In this document: positions 49,807-60,200 of the stretch, piece by piece
How positions within the stretch are numbered: the stretch's first letter is position 1
Layout of the letters: each line of letters starts with the position of its first letter
NCBI GenBank assembly: GCA_963677495.2
Contig: CAXXOU010000004.1
Location: 512,001-576,000, forward strand
Direction of reading: 5' to 3'
DNA from: Candidatus Cloacimonadales bacterium
GTDB taxonomy: Bacteria > Cloacimonadota > Cloacimonadia > Cloacimonadales > JAFGVF01
Length of the DNA: 64,000 nt
Notes under the pieces: generated by a model
Seen by the model: only the letters and a program-made list of their open reading frames with translations
Told to the model about the DNA's origin: nothing
Database searches by the model: none
Translations under genes and position numbers: made by a program

Positions 49807-49893
49807 AAGTTATCCACAACTTGTGACTAACTTACAGCTTAGAGTAAGAGAGAAGTAAGTGTCCAGTAAGTGTGGAGTAAGAGAGTAGTAGGA
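49807..49893. repeat. DnaA-box pair plus 11-bp phased AGTAAG array
   Basis: AAGTTATCCACA-act-TGTGACTAACTT; AGTAAG at 49843, 49854, 49865 and 49876, AGTAGG at 49887. Confidence 0.7.
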
Positions 49894-49956
49894 ATTGATT
49901 GGGAATAATTCATCAAAACAGTGAGTTTTGGTTCTTTTATCTCTTTGTTTTCCCGA

Positions 49957-50096
49957 TTTGCACTGGAGCAACAGATATATAAAACCTATAAGTATCCTAT
50001 ATGACCCTTATATGAAACCTATATAAACATATAGGAATCTTTTAACATGGATATGGGATATATTTACTCTTCATGTATTTGTTGCTCCAGTGCAAA
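49957..50096. repeat. 21-bp inverted repeat enclosing an 11-bp phased CCTATA array
   Basis: TTTGCACTGGAGCAACAGATA paired with TATTTGTTGCTCCAGTGCAAA; C(C/T)TATA at 49985, 49996, 50007 and 50018. Confidence 0.75.
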
Positions 50097-50199
50097 GTGG
50101 GGGAGAAGAGGAAAAAAAATGAAAACGTATAAAGATATGTAGTATAAGGATATAGGTTAAGTAGGAGCAATTATGAAGAGTGAAAAAAGAATTTAGTGC

Positions 50200-50235
50200 T
50201 TGACATATTTGGTGTATTGGTTAGCCATAACACCA
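50200..50235 (+). promoter_or_regulatory. -35 box and probable YtrA/GntR operator palindrome
   Basis: TTGACA at 50200; TGGTGTATTGGTTAGCCATAACACCA imperfect palindrome just before the GGAGG RBS of the GntR gene. Confidence 0.65.
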
Positions 50236-50252
50236 GATTAGGAGGCGATAAA

Positions 50253-50624
50253 ATGGAATTTACCAAAGAGATGCCGATTTACTTGCAGTTAAAGAAACTG
50301 GTTGAAGAAGGAATCTTGTCTGATAATTACAGTCATGATGACCCTCTTCCTTCAATCAGAAACTTAGCTCAGGCATATCGCCTAAATCCTCAAACAGTGG
50401 CAAGTGCGTTCTCGGAGTTGGTTAACGACGGGCTTGTTTATAAGAAGAGAGGTCTTGGCTTCTTTGTGGCCGAAGATGCCAAGGAGAAACTTCTTAGTGC
50501 GAGGAGAGCTGAGTTTTACGAAAAAGATGTGCGTGAGTTCGCTAAAAGCGTATCCTTTTTAGGGATCGAAGTAAGCGAGATATGTGAAATGCTCAAGAAG
50601 ATTATAGTGGAGGTGACTTTATGA
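50253..50624 (+). CDS. GntR family (YtrA-like) regulator
   Basis: PIYLQL, LPSIRNLA, NPQTV and RGLGFFV; short C-terminus; precedes ABC genes. Confidence 0.92.
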   Translation: MEFTKEMPIYLQLKKLVEEGILSDNYSHDDPLPSIRNLAQAYRLNPQTVASAFSELVNDGLVYKKRGLGFFVAEDAKEKLLSARRAEFYEKDVREFAKSVSFLGIEVSEICEMLKKIIVEVTL

Positions 50625-51469
50625 GCGTAATGGAAGTTAAAGGTGTAACCAAATACTATAGAAAGCTTAAGGCTTTGGATGATGTAAATCTGACTATACC
50701 AAAGGGACGCATCATTGGTCTTTTCGGACGTAACGGCGCCGGGAAGTCAACTCTTATGCGTTGCATGTTGGGTCTTCTCCATCACGAAGGTGAGATTATT
50801 TTAGGTGGAGAGAAGGTTAAATATAGTGATGCCAAGATGTTCGAGAAGATTGCGTTCATACCGGATGTGTCTGCTCTTGATAGAAGAATAAGGGTTAAAG
50901 ATGCTATTGAGCTTGTGAAAGGAATGAATCCTTCCTGGAATGATGAGCGTTTTGATAAGCTGTTTGCTAAGAGTAACCTACCTTTAAAGAACAAGATAAC
51001 GACCCTTTCCAAAGGTATGAAAACTAAACTCTATCTATTACTTACACTCTGTCTTGATGTGGATATTCTGCTTCTGGATGAACCAACTCTCGGACTTGAT
51101 ATCCAGTTTAGAAAGGAGTTCTTTAACTCAATTCTTGGAGAGTTCTACAATGCAGAAAGAACTATCATAATTTCAACTCATCAAGTTGAAGAAGTAGAAA
51201 ACATCTTGCAAGACATAATCTTCATAGATAATGGTAAGATAATTCTTTATGATTCAATAGATAACATAAACAATGAATATAAGCAGATTACAGTTCCAAG
51301 TGCTTCAAAAGAGATTGTAATGGCAATGGAACCTCTCTCAGTGTTCGAAGGGCTTGGTAACATTACAGCACTTGTAAAAGGTGAAATAAGTGAGGAGCTA
51401 CTTGTATCATATAGTAACCCTCGAATTGCAGACCTTTTCTTAGCATTAGTAGGAGGAAGTGATGAATAA
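50621..51469 (+). CDS. ABC-2 type transporter ATP-binding protein
   Basis: GRNGAGKST, LSKGM, LLDEPTLGLD and ISTH. Confidence 0.93.
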   Translation: MSVMEVKGVTKYYRKLKALDDVNLTIPKGRIIGLFGRNGAGKSTLMRCMLGLLHHEGEIILGGEKVKYSDAKMFEKIAFIPDVSALDRRIRVKDAIELVKGMNPSWNDERFDKLFAKSNLPLKNKITTLSKGMKTKLYLLLTLCLDVDILLLDEPTLGLDIQFRKEFFNSILGEFYNAERTIIISTHQVEEVENILQDIIFIDNGKIILYDSIDNINNEYKQITVPSASKEIVMAMEPLSVFEGLGNITALVKGEISEELLVSYSNPRIADLFLALVGGSDE

Positions 51470-52355
51470 ATTCCTATTATATCTTAAACATGAATTCAAA
51501 TCTAATAAAGTGGCATTCCTGTTACCATTGATTATTCAAGGGTTCAATTATGTAACATCTTTTATCTTTCTCATCTTGTTATGGTCGAAGATAGTAAAAA
51601 CAGATGTAGAGATTGCCGAAGGAATACAGGCACTATTCGTAGAGCAGGGAATTGCTATTGATAGTGATGGTTCAAGACTTGTACTGATGGTAGTCGGATA
51701 TTTCATGACTGTGTTTACACTTGGTATATTCGGAGTCTTTGTGGGAATGATAAGGGCTTCCACTACTCTAAACTATGAAAAACGTATGGGCTATGAACTG
51801 TTCTATCGCACGCAACCTGTTTCTATCTGGGCACGTACAGGCTCAAAATATATAAACAGTATACTTGGTGCTTTTGTAAGCGCAATGATTGTAGCATTTG
51901 TGAACTATATTGCTATGAGTGTTATCTTCTCAACCCAGTTTGTTAACAATGGTCTTGTTTGGAATTCATTGTTCAGAGGGTTTACAGCAGGATGCATTAC
52001 AGCTATCGGACCGGCTTTACTATTCGGTTCTCTAGGTTTCTTAACATCTGCAGTATTCACTAGAATGGCTCTTATGAAAGGTGCGTTTGTACTACTAGCA
52101 CTTGGATTTATTGAAGTCATGACTAAACTTGCAGGCATCAAGTTCCTTTCAATATTCAGCTATTTGATGAAAATGGCCCAAGAACTATTACAACCAAGCT
52201 CCATCGTACCTAAAGCTATCGAGAACATCTCTTCAATTCAAGAGATACCGATTAAGAGCTTTTTCTATACTGAACAGATCTGGATCATCTTGTTCAGTGC
52301 AGTTGTGTTCGTTGGTGCAACATATATATTTAAATACAAAAAGATTGAATCTTAG
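51462..52355 (+). CDS. ABC-2 type permease-like membrane protein
   Basis: About six TM segments, EK...LFYRTQPVS...SK motif, operon context. Confidence 0.75.
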   Translation: MNKFLLYLKHEFKSNKVAFLLPLIIQGFNYVTSFIFLILLWSKIVKTDVEIAEGIQALFVEQGIAIDSDGSRLVLMVVGYFMTVFTLGIFGVFVGMIRASTTLNYEKRMGYELFYRTQPVSIWARTGSKYINSILGAFVSAMIVAFVNYIAMSVIFSTQFVNNGLVWNSLFRGFTAGCITAIGPALLFGSLGFLTSAVFTRMALMKGAFVLLALGFIEVMTKLAGIKFLSIFSYLMKMAQELLQPSSIVPKAIENISSIQEIPIKSFFYTEQIWIILFSAVVFVGATYIFKYKKIES

Positions 52356-52367
52356 GAGGCTTATATA

Positions 52368-54809
52368 ATGAAGAAAAAAGTATTACCAGTTGTTTGGATG
52401 TTACTACTTACTATTGGGCTATTTGCTCAAAGTAATGTGTACAGCAACTCATCAGTTGCAATACCTGATACTCAGGTTGGATTATTGGAAAATCCTGCTG
52501 CTGCAGGTTTGAATAAGGGTGCAATGTTCAGTGCATTCTGGCACAGACAAGAAGATGAATGGATTGATGACTATTCTCTCGTGTTTGACTTAGACGGTAT
52601 GGGCTACTCAATGAATGTTGTTGAAGAAGATAACTACTTTCATGCACTCCATTGGGGTGGAAACATGGGTAATCTGTCTATACTTAGAAATGTATATCTT
52701 GGTTTTCAGTGGGACTGGAACAATGATGAGTTTGAAGATGGTAACTACAAAATTGGTACTATCATCAGACCTACAAGAATGTTTTCTCTAGGTGCTACAG
52801 CTAATTTCTTGAAAGATATCGTAAATGATGAATACCTTGATCCTGACTTTCAGTTTGGTATCGGTATCAGACCATTTATCAAATCACCAATGTATGATAA
52901 AGTTGAGCTTTATGCTGATGCAGGTTACTATGACCTGAACAGAGATGATCCTTTAGCTGAAGAAGACAGAACTATATCTTCCCCTACAGTTGGAGCTAAC
53001 TTTGTTGTGGCAGAAGGCCTTAAACTCGGAGGTTCATATAATATGGAAACCGAGACTACTAATGTTCAATTCAGCCTTAGTTTAGGTGATGTAACATTCG
53101 GTACAAGGACTGAGATTAATGAAGATACAAACTACGGTTATGAGTTTGTTTCTTTCCATGAAAGAGATATTCCTTCAATCTTTGAGAAGAACGGTAGTAA
53201 AGCATATAAGATGAAACTAAACGAGCCACTCGTTGACTCACAGTCAGCTATGAAGATTGGGCCTTTCAGTCTTGTTGACAGCAAGGGTATGACAATGACT
53301 CAGTTCAAAAACAAGCTTAAATTACTGGCTCAAGATGAGACTATCGGAGCTGTTCTCTTCATGAATCCCAACTTCCCATCTTCAATTGCAAGAAAACAGG
53401 AAGTGATTGAATATCTCAAAGAGTTCAAAGAGGAAACAGGAAAAGAGTTAATAGCATATTATGACAATATTTCTAACACAGGATATTACTTCTCAGCTAC
53501 AGTAATGGATAAAATCTACCTCAATAAGATGGGTGGAATTGACCTTCGTGGTATTGCTATTACTACTCCTTACTTCAAAGGATTACTCGATAAAGTTGGT
53601 GTTGAATTCACTAACCTTCGTAGCCATCCATACAAAACTGCAGGTAACAACTTAACAGAGAATGAAATGACAGATGCTGAAAGAGAAGCATACGATGCAG
53701 TTTTTGGTGTTATCTTCCAAGAGATGGTTGCAGGTATAGAATCAGGTAGAACAGTTCTCTCTGAATGTACACTAGAGATGATCGATAATGGCCCATATTT
53801 CGATGCAGCTAAATGTAAAGAGATTGGATTAGTCGATGATATTATGTACGAATCTGAGTTATATAAATATCTTAAAGATAACCACAAATGTACAAAGATT
53901 ACAAAAGAAAGTAATAAGCGTATGGACACAGAATGGACATACAAAACAACTTCAAAGATTAAAGTGATCAACGCTTCCGGTAACATCATTATGGGTAAAG
54001 GTAAACCTGGTGCCAATATTGGTTCATTGAGCTATGCGAAGGCAATCGCAGCAGCACGCAAGGATCCTGAAGTTGAAGCTATTGTTCTTAGAGTTGATAG
54101 TGGTGGTGGTTCAGCACAAGCTTCTGATATCATAGCTCATGAAATAAAGCTTTGCAAAGAAGGTAAGAATAAGAAACCTGTTGTCGTATCAATGTGTGGA
54201 GCAGCAGCCTCCGGTGGTTACTATATCTCTGCTTATGCAGATAAGATCTATGCAGAGCCTACAACTATTACCGGTTCAATCGGTGTGATTGGTTTACTTC
54301 CTAACTTCGAAGGTCTTTATGATAAACTTGATATCAACTGGAGTCAGATTAAGTTTGGTAAAAACTCTGATTTAGGTTCAACTCATAGAAAGATGACTGA
54401 GGAAGAGAAGAAGTTGTTCAAGGATATGATTGAGCACACTTATGACATCTTTATTGATGTAGTAGCAGATGGTCGTGGTATGGACAAAGAAGTGGTAAAA
54501 AGCTTAGCGCAAGGTAGAATCTGGTCAGGTAAACAAGCACTTGAAAACGGACTTGTAGATGAGCTGGGTAACCTCGAAGATGCTATCGCATATGCTGCTG
54601 AACTTGCTAAGATTAAAGATGAAGTTGTGATTTCTGAGTACCCATCTTATGATAGTGGTCTCACAATCTCAGTTGATATGCCTGAGTTCTCACCATTCGG
54701 AATGGAGATGACTAAAGGTTTAAACACTGTGAAAGAGACATACGATACACTTAAACAATTTGATGGTGAAAAAGTATTATACTTTATGCCACAAATGCAA
54801 ATTGATTAA
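52368..54809 (+). CDS. sppA: Signal peptide peptidase SppA (S49) with N-terminal extension
   Basis: [30 protein letters not shown] and AQGRIWSG; preceded by a signal peptide and ~260 beta-rich residues. Confidence 0.9.
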   Translation: MKKKVLPVVWMLLLTIGLFAQSNVYSNSSVAIPDTQVGLLENPAAAGLNKGAMFSAFWHRQEDEWIDDYSLVFDLDGMGYSMNVVEEDNYFHALHWGGNMGNLSILRNVYLGFQWDWNNDEFEDGNYKIGTIIRPTRMFSLGATANFLKDIVNDEYLDPDFQFGIGIRPFIKSPMYDKVELYADAGYYDLNRDDPLAEEDRTISSPTVGANFVVAEGLKLGGSYNMETETTNVQFSLSLGDVTFGTRTEINEDTNYGYEFVSFHERDIPSIFEKNGSKAYKMKLNEPLVDSQSAMKIGPFSLVDSKGMTMTQFKNKLKLLAQDETIGAVLFMNPNFPSSIARKQEVIEYLKEFKEETGKELIAYYDNISNTGYYFSATVMDKIYLNKMGGIDLRGIAITTPYFKGLLDKVGVEFTNLRSHPYKTAGNNLTENEMTDAEREAYDAVFGVIFQEMVAGIESGRTVLSECTLEMIDNGPYFDAAKCKEIGLVDDIMYESELYKYLKDNHKCTKITKESNKRMDTEWTYKTTSKIKVINASGNIIMGKGKPGANIGSLSYAKAIAAARKDPEVEAIVLRVDSGGGSAQASDIIAHEIKLCKEGKNKKPVVVSMCGAAASGGYYISAYADKIYAEPTTITGSIGVIGLLPNFEGLYDKLDINWSQIKFGKNSDLGSTHRKMTEEEKKLFKDMIEHTYDIFIDVVADGRGMDKEVVKSLAQGRIWSGKQALENGLVDELGNLEDAIAYAAELAKIKDEVVISEYPSYDSGLTISVDMPEFSPFGMEMTKGLNTVKETYDTLKQFDGEKVLYFMPQMQID

Positions 54810-54832
54810 TTAATCCCCTCAATGCAATATCG

Positions 54833-54864
54833 AAAGACCACCGGCTTCTGTCGGTGGTCTTTTT
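54833..54864 (+). terminator. Intrinsic terminator
   Basis: AAAGACCACCGGC-ttct-GTCGGTGGTCTTTTT. Confidence 0.85.
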
Positions 54865-54877
54865 ATAATATGTCCAT

Positions 54878-55530
54878 ATATGGACTTAACCGACTGGGTC
54901 GGTTTGTCATGTCACGTAAACTTTGAACTTCAAAATATCGGAATTAACGATTCGCTCTTCGCTACGAATCACTTCTTCCTGGGTCATCTTGCAGTTGCAT
55001 CTACACAGTTGATGCAATCCATATTTAAACTATCTACCAAAACGCAGTCATCCCACTGTTTTCCCACTGTGCACGCACTGTGCACCCAGTGAAACAGTGG
55101 GTTAGCAGTGCCTTCACAGTGCGTGCACAGTGCAGACACAGTGCGTTGCCGGATAGGGCAGTGAAAGAGAGTAAAAAGGGCAATAAATGTAGCTAAGTTA
55201 TTGAAAAAGGCACTGTGTATATCACTTTCGTACTTGCACCGCAACGAAGTGTGGGGCGAGAACGAAAACTTAGGAATTGCGACTTCGATGTGCATTTTAG
55301 GAAGTCCGTTGCCTTATCAGGTCGACAAACTCCCTGAAATGCGGTAAGTTATTGCAAAAGGCACTGTGTATGTTATTCTGAAGCTGTCGCAATAGCGACC
55401 GAAGGGAGATGGGCGAATAGCGAAAATGGCAAAGCTACAACGCTATGAGTCCAACTCGTAAACTCACTATGACTCCAACGTTGTAAGTCATTGCTAATTA
55501 CACTGTGTATGCATTTTGAAGCAGTCACCA
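54878..55530 (-). repeat. Modular intergenic repeat, locus 3 (anchor-A-anchor-B-F-anchor-C...E)
   Basis: Three anchors at 55194-55220, 55345-55372 and 55484-55511; modules shared with loci 1 and 2. Confidence 0.9.
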
Positions 55531-55628
55531 TTACGACCATCGGGAGTTCGGGGAAATGCGTACCGGATAACAAATCTTTTCCGCATTTCCCCAAGCTCGT
55601 AAACTCGCACTGGTGACTGCTCCTGATA

Positions 55629-55976
55629 TGTCACCCTGAGCGGAGTGAATGAAGTGAAACGAAATGAACGAAGTCGAACGGGTCGCTCGGATGACTTAAG
55701 TGGATATCTGTTTAAGTATTGACTTATCTTTTCAATGTTTTCCTTTCGGAAAATCGCTCTTTTTTAGATGGGAGACTAAAATTATCGGAGAGGTCCCTCT
55801 ACTCGTTCATACTTCACTCGATCGGGTTGCTCGGATGGCTTTAGTGGATAATCGTTGAAGTATTGACCTATCTTTCTATGTTTTCCTACCGGAAAATAGC
55901 TCTCCTATTGCTGGGATACTAAAGTTATCGGAGAGTTCCCTCTGCTCGTTCGTATCCTCACTCGATCGGGATGACA
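55629..55976. repeat. TGTCA...TGACA-bounded element with 144-bp tandem duplication
   Basis: Units at 55679-55822 and 55823-55966; inverted ends TGTCACCCTGAGCGGAGTGA and TCACTCGATCGGGATGACA. Confidence 0.85.
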
Positions 55977-56068
55977 TACATAGTTCTCGGATTTGCAGAA
56001 GCAAATCCAGCAACATGACACCCATGCTCGTAAACTCACACATGTAACAGGAATTACGTGTAAGCTAA

Positions 56069-57148
56069 CTAAAACGCTTCTTTGATAATGAAGTAGAATC
56101 CGAAGGAGTTTCGACCCATAGCTAAATCAAGTCTTAGATTAATCTTGTCCTCCGGAATGAGTCTGAAGCGTCCACCAATACCAAAAGTAGCTTTTATGTC
56201 TTTTCTTTCAATATCGTCAAATTCAGAGTAGATAGTTCCAAGATTTGCAAAAGCAACTGCACCCCATTTCTTATAAAACATGTTTCTATACTCAAGTTGA
56301 TATACTAATGAGTTTCTATCTCTGAAACGACCTTCATAGAAACCACGCATTCTCTCATCGCCACCTAGGGAAGACAGAAACATAAATGGGACATTATGTG
56401 ATACATTGCTTGAATAAATCTGATTGGCAATAACTTGGTTGTCTTTGATTGGGAAGAACTTCTTGAAATCAAGAATGAGATTATTATATTCGTAATCACT
56501 ACCTAATTCCTCTCTATAAGTTAGATATCTAACACCGAAGTAATGACCTTTTGTTGGGAAGTTGACATTATTACGACGTTCATAATCCAATCTGAAACCA
56601 AGCCCTAATTGCTGATACTTGAAATTATCATCAATATCTTCATTTTGTATGTAGTCATAATCTTTAACATCATCCATAGTGAAATTACTCCAGTCAACTA
56701 TGAAACCCCTGCTGAGATTATCAACAAAGAATGATGGAGTCGTAGCTTCTACTGTGATTTGTTGCTTATAGTACTTATAAACAATCTCATCATCTTCACT
56801 CGTTCTTGGACCCATTCCAAAGTAGCTATCATCATTGTTCTCGAAGTTTAGGGTTGCAAGTAAACGCATACGCCAAAGGCTTAAATTCAAATCAGGAACC
56901 AAACTGGCTGAATAGTAATTTTTAAAAGAGTAGAAACCTGCAATAGCTACTTCAGAAGTATTGTAGCTATTATCTTGCTCAGGCATTCTGAAGTAAATAC
57001 CCCCACCAAAACCGAGAGCAAAGCTTGTCTCCGGCTTGTAAAAGCCAAATGGAAAGCCAACAAATCTATAGCTCTTTTCTCTCTTCTCAGTTGCACCTAG
57101 CATAGTAACTATTTGTAGTATTATTAAAATATATATGATTTTTCTCAT
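56069..57148 (-). CDS. Omp85/BamA-TamA-family beta-barrel protein without POTRA domains (paralogue)
   Basis: Signal peptide, YKPETS, YFGMGP, MRGFYEGRFRD, NLRLD and C-terminal EAF. Confidence 0.88.
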   Translation of the reverse strand: MRKIIYILIILQIVTMLGATEKREKSYRFVGFPFGFYKPETSFALGFGGGIYFRMPEQDNSYNTSEVAIAGFYSFKNYYSASLVPDLNLSLWRMRLLATLNFENNDDSYFGMGPRTSEDDEIVYKYYKQQITVEATTPSFFVDNLSRGFIVDWSNFTMDDVKDYDYIQNEDIDDNFKYQQLGLGFRLDYERRNNVNFPTKGHYFGVRYLTYREELGSDYEYNNLILDFKKFFPIKDNQVIANQIYSSNVSHNVPFMFLSSLGGDERMRGFYEGRFRDRNSLVYQLEYRNMFYKKWGAVAFANLGTIYSEFDDIERKDIKATFGIGGRFRLIPEDKINLRLDLAMGRNSFGFYFIIKEAF

Positions 57149-57229
57149 TGTGTACATCCTTTGCTCTACATATTAACCAACTATTTCCTACTAACAAATA
57201 TTTGCATAGTGTTTTTTGAGTAAAAAGAA

Positions 57230-57254
57230 GAGAGATGCTAAAAAAGCATCTCTC
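57230..57254 (-). terminator. Intrinsic terminator
   Basis: GAGAGATGCT-loop-AGCATCTCTC followed by TTCTTTTT on the minus strand. Confidence 0.8.
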
Positions 57255-57273
57255 AATATTACTTAAACTATTT

Positions 57274-60200
57274 CTATTTCATAAGAATAGCTTTAATTGA
57301 TTTTGAATAACTATTTGTCTGCATTCTGATGAAGTAGATACCGGAAGCAAGCTTACGATTGTTTCTATCATCTCCATTCCATGTGTAAGTGTAATTACCT
57401 TGAGGAAGAATTTCATCTGTAATAGTCTTCACATATTGACCTCGACTGTTATATACTTTCACAACAGCTCTTTCAGATTGAGCGATTGAGAAACTGATTG
57501 TAGCTGTTGGATTAAATGGATTGGGATAAATGCCATTTAGGTTCGTAACAATAGGTGCTACAGAGTCATCACTAGTATCAGTCGGATCAATCACATTTGT
57601 GAATACAGCGTCTGACATGTTTGAATCCTGATAGACAGCAGTTATAGCATAAAGATATAAGCCTTCAGGAAGATTAGCAAACTCTTCATCAGTAAATTCA
57701 ATACCGATTACTAAAGTCTCCACACTTACCCATAACTCAGGGCTCTCAAGTTGACCTGGCATAAGTCTGAATATGCCATATCCTAAAAGGAAACCTGTAT
57801 CAACAGGTTCTGTCCAGTTGAGAAGTGCAAAATGAGAGTTAGGTTCAACATCAGCTTCAGCCATCTGAGGTGCATATGTTACGAGAACATTGACTTCACC
57901 AGTTATCTGATTTGATTCACCTGCACCATATTCCGCTGTTACTGCGTAATCGTAATGATCATTCACTAAGTCTAAGTCGCTATAAGTAAGCTGAGTACTT
58001 GTATTAACAACTACGTTATTTTGATAGATGTTGTAGTGAGTTAAACCTATAATGTCTGATGGAGCATCCCAAGTAAGAGTAACATCATTATCCATCACAT
58101 CAATTACTAAGTTTGCAGGATCATATACAACTTCTACATGACCTGTTTCAACAGCAGTTTGTACAGATTCTCCGTTACTGTAGACAGCAGAAATAGCATA
58201 TGTATAATCCCCATTGCCAAGATCCATGTCATCATAAGCTAGGAGAGTATCATTTGCTAAGAAGCTACCATCTTTATAGATGTTGTATGAGAGTAAACCG
58301 GTTACATCTGTTGGTGGATCCCATACAAGACTTACATCATTATTCAGAACTGAAACAATAAGATTTGATGGTGCATATGCAATCTCAATCTCTACCAATT
58401 CAGGTGCAGTTTGAGCAGATTCAGAACTACTATATACAGCTGAAACTGTATAACTGTAAGTTCCGTTCGCTAAATTCAAATCATCATATGTTACTGCAGT
58501 TGTATTATCTATTAGTGTATTGTCACGGTAGATATTGTATGATTGTAAACCAACAATGTCTGATGGTTCGTTCCAACTTAGAGTAACATTGTTATCGATA
58601 GCTGATGCAACTAAATCTGTAGGTTCATAAGCAATTTCAATATCGAAGTTAACTGCATTTGATGAAGCAGAAGAACCTGAATTATAATATGCTTCAACCT
58701 CATACTGATAGTTTCCATTTGCTAGTCCGATTTCCTGGTACGTTAACTCAGTCACACCGGTTACCAATGTACCATTCTTATAAACATTATAATGAGAAAG
58801 GTCATTTGTATCAACTGGAGCATTCCAGTTCAATGTAACATCATTGGCATTATCGATTGTGAATGTTAATCCTGTTGGTGGATAAGCCTGACTAACCTCT
58901 GCCTGAACAGTATTTGATGGAGTAGATTCAGCTGTGATACCTTCAACGTTGTAAGTAGCTGTTATGTAATACTCATAAGTTCCATTTGAGAGGAACTCAT
59001 CGGTATAGTTAGTTAAAGAAGTAACACTTTCAACACTACCGTTTCTATAAACAAAATACGTTTGGAACGCATTCATGTCAGAAGGCTGGTTCCAATTTAG
59101 AGAAATACTATTCCCATTCACTTGGTAGGTAAGGGCAGTTGGAGCATGCGGTACAAGCACTACTGCTTGTGGAGAAGCATTTACCGGCTGAGAAAGTCCT
59201 ACCTCATAGTTTGCTCTAATAGTGTAGATATAGCTACCATTTATCACATTCATGTCTGTAAAGGTTAACTCCTGAGTTGAACCTACAAACTCACCCTGTC
59301 TTTCAACGTAGTATGATTGTAACCCAACTACATCTGATGGTGCATCCCATGTAACAGTAACATCTGCACCGTTGACTGCAACCTGTGCATTCTGAATAGG
59401 ATAAGCAAGTTGAACTGGAACTGATACTGTATTTGAAGGGTTAGATTCACCTGCATTGTATTGTGCAATTACATAGTAATCATAATCTCCATTTGCAAGA
59501 ACATTATCAACATAGTTGAGTTCAGTTTGAGTTGCAATTAAGATATCATTTCTAAACACTTTATATGCAATCAAGCCGGTTGGATCTACCGGGTTCTGCC
59601 ACGTAAGAGTGACATTGTTGTCTAGCAGGTCAGCTTGCAGTGTTGTCACAGGATAGATAATCTCAACAGTTGCTATTGCAGTAGTTGAAGCTTGTGATAC
59701 AGTAGAAGTATATATAGTTTTAAGATAATAATCGTATGTACCATTCATTAAGTCCATATCTACAAATGAGGTTGTTGTAGAGTCGTTTATCAAAGCAATC
59801 TCTGTGTTATCTCTATAAACAATAACTCCTAGCTCTCCAGCTCCAGGGTTGGTCCAGTTAAGAGTTACATCATTATCAACTACTGAAGTTGTTAATGCTG
59901 TTGGTGGATAAGCCATTTCAATATTAACAGTAACTGAGTTAGAGTTAGATGAAATACCTTCATTATAAACAGCTTTTACCCAGTACATATAAGTTCCGTT
60001 AGCAAGAGAAGTGTCAGAGAAACTATTAGTTACTACTTCTGTTAACTCAACAGAGTTTCTATATACTTTGTAGGAAATTGGATTGTTTTCAGGAATATCC
60101 CAAGTTAAGGCAACATCTCTTACATTACTTACAACTGCTTGCAAGTTTGTAGGAGGGAGTAAATCAGGAAGTACATTAACAGTTAACTGAATTGTATTAG

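Noticed and set aside
54878..55511. CRISPR array
   Set aside because: Repeats are degenerate, spacers are over 110 bp and reused at other loci, and there are no cas genes.
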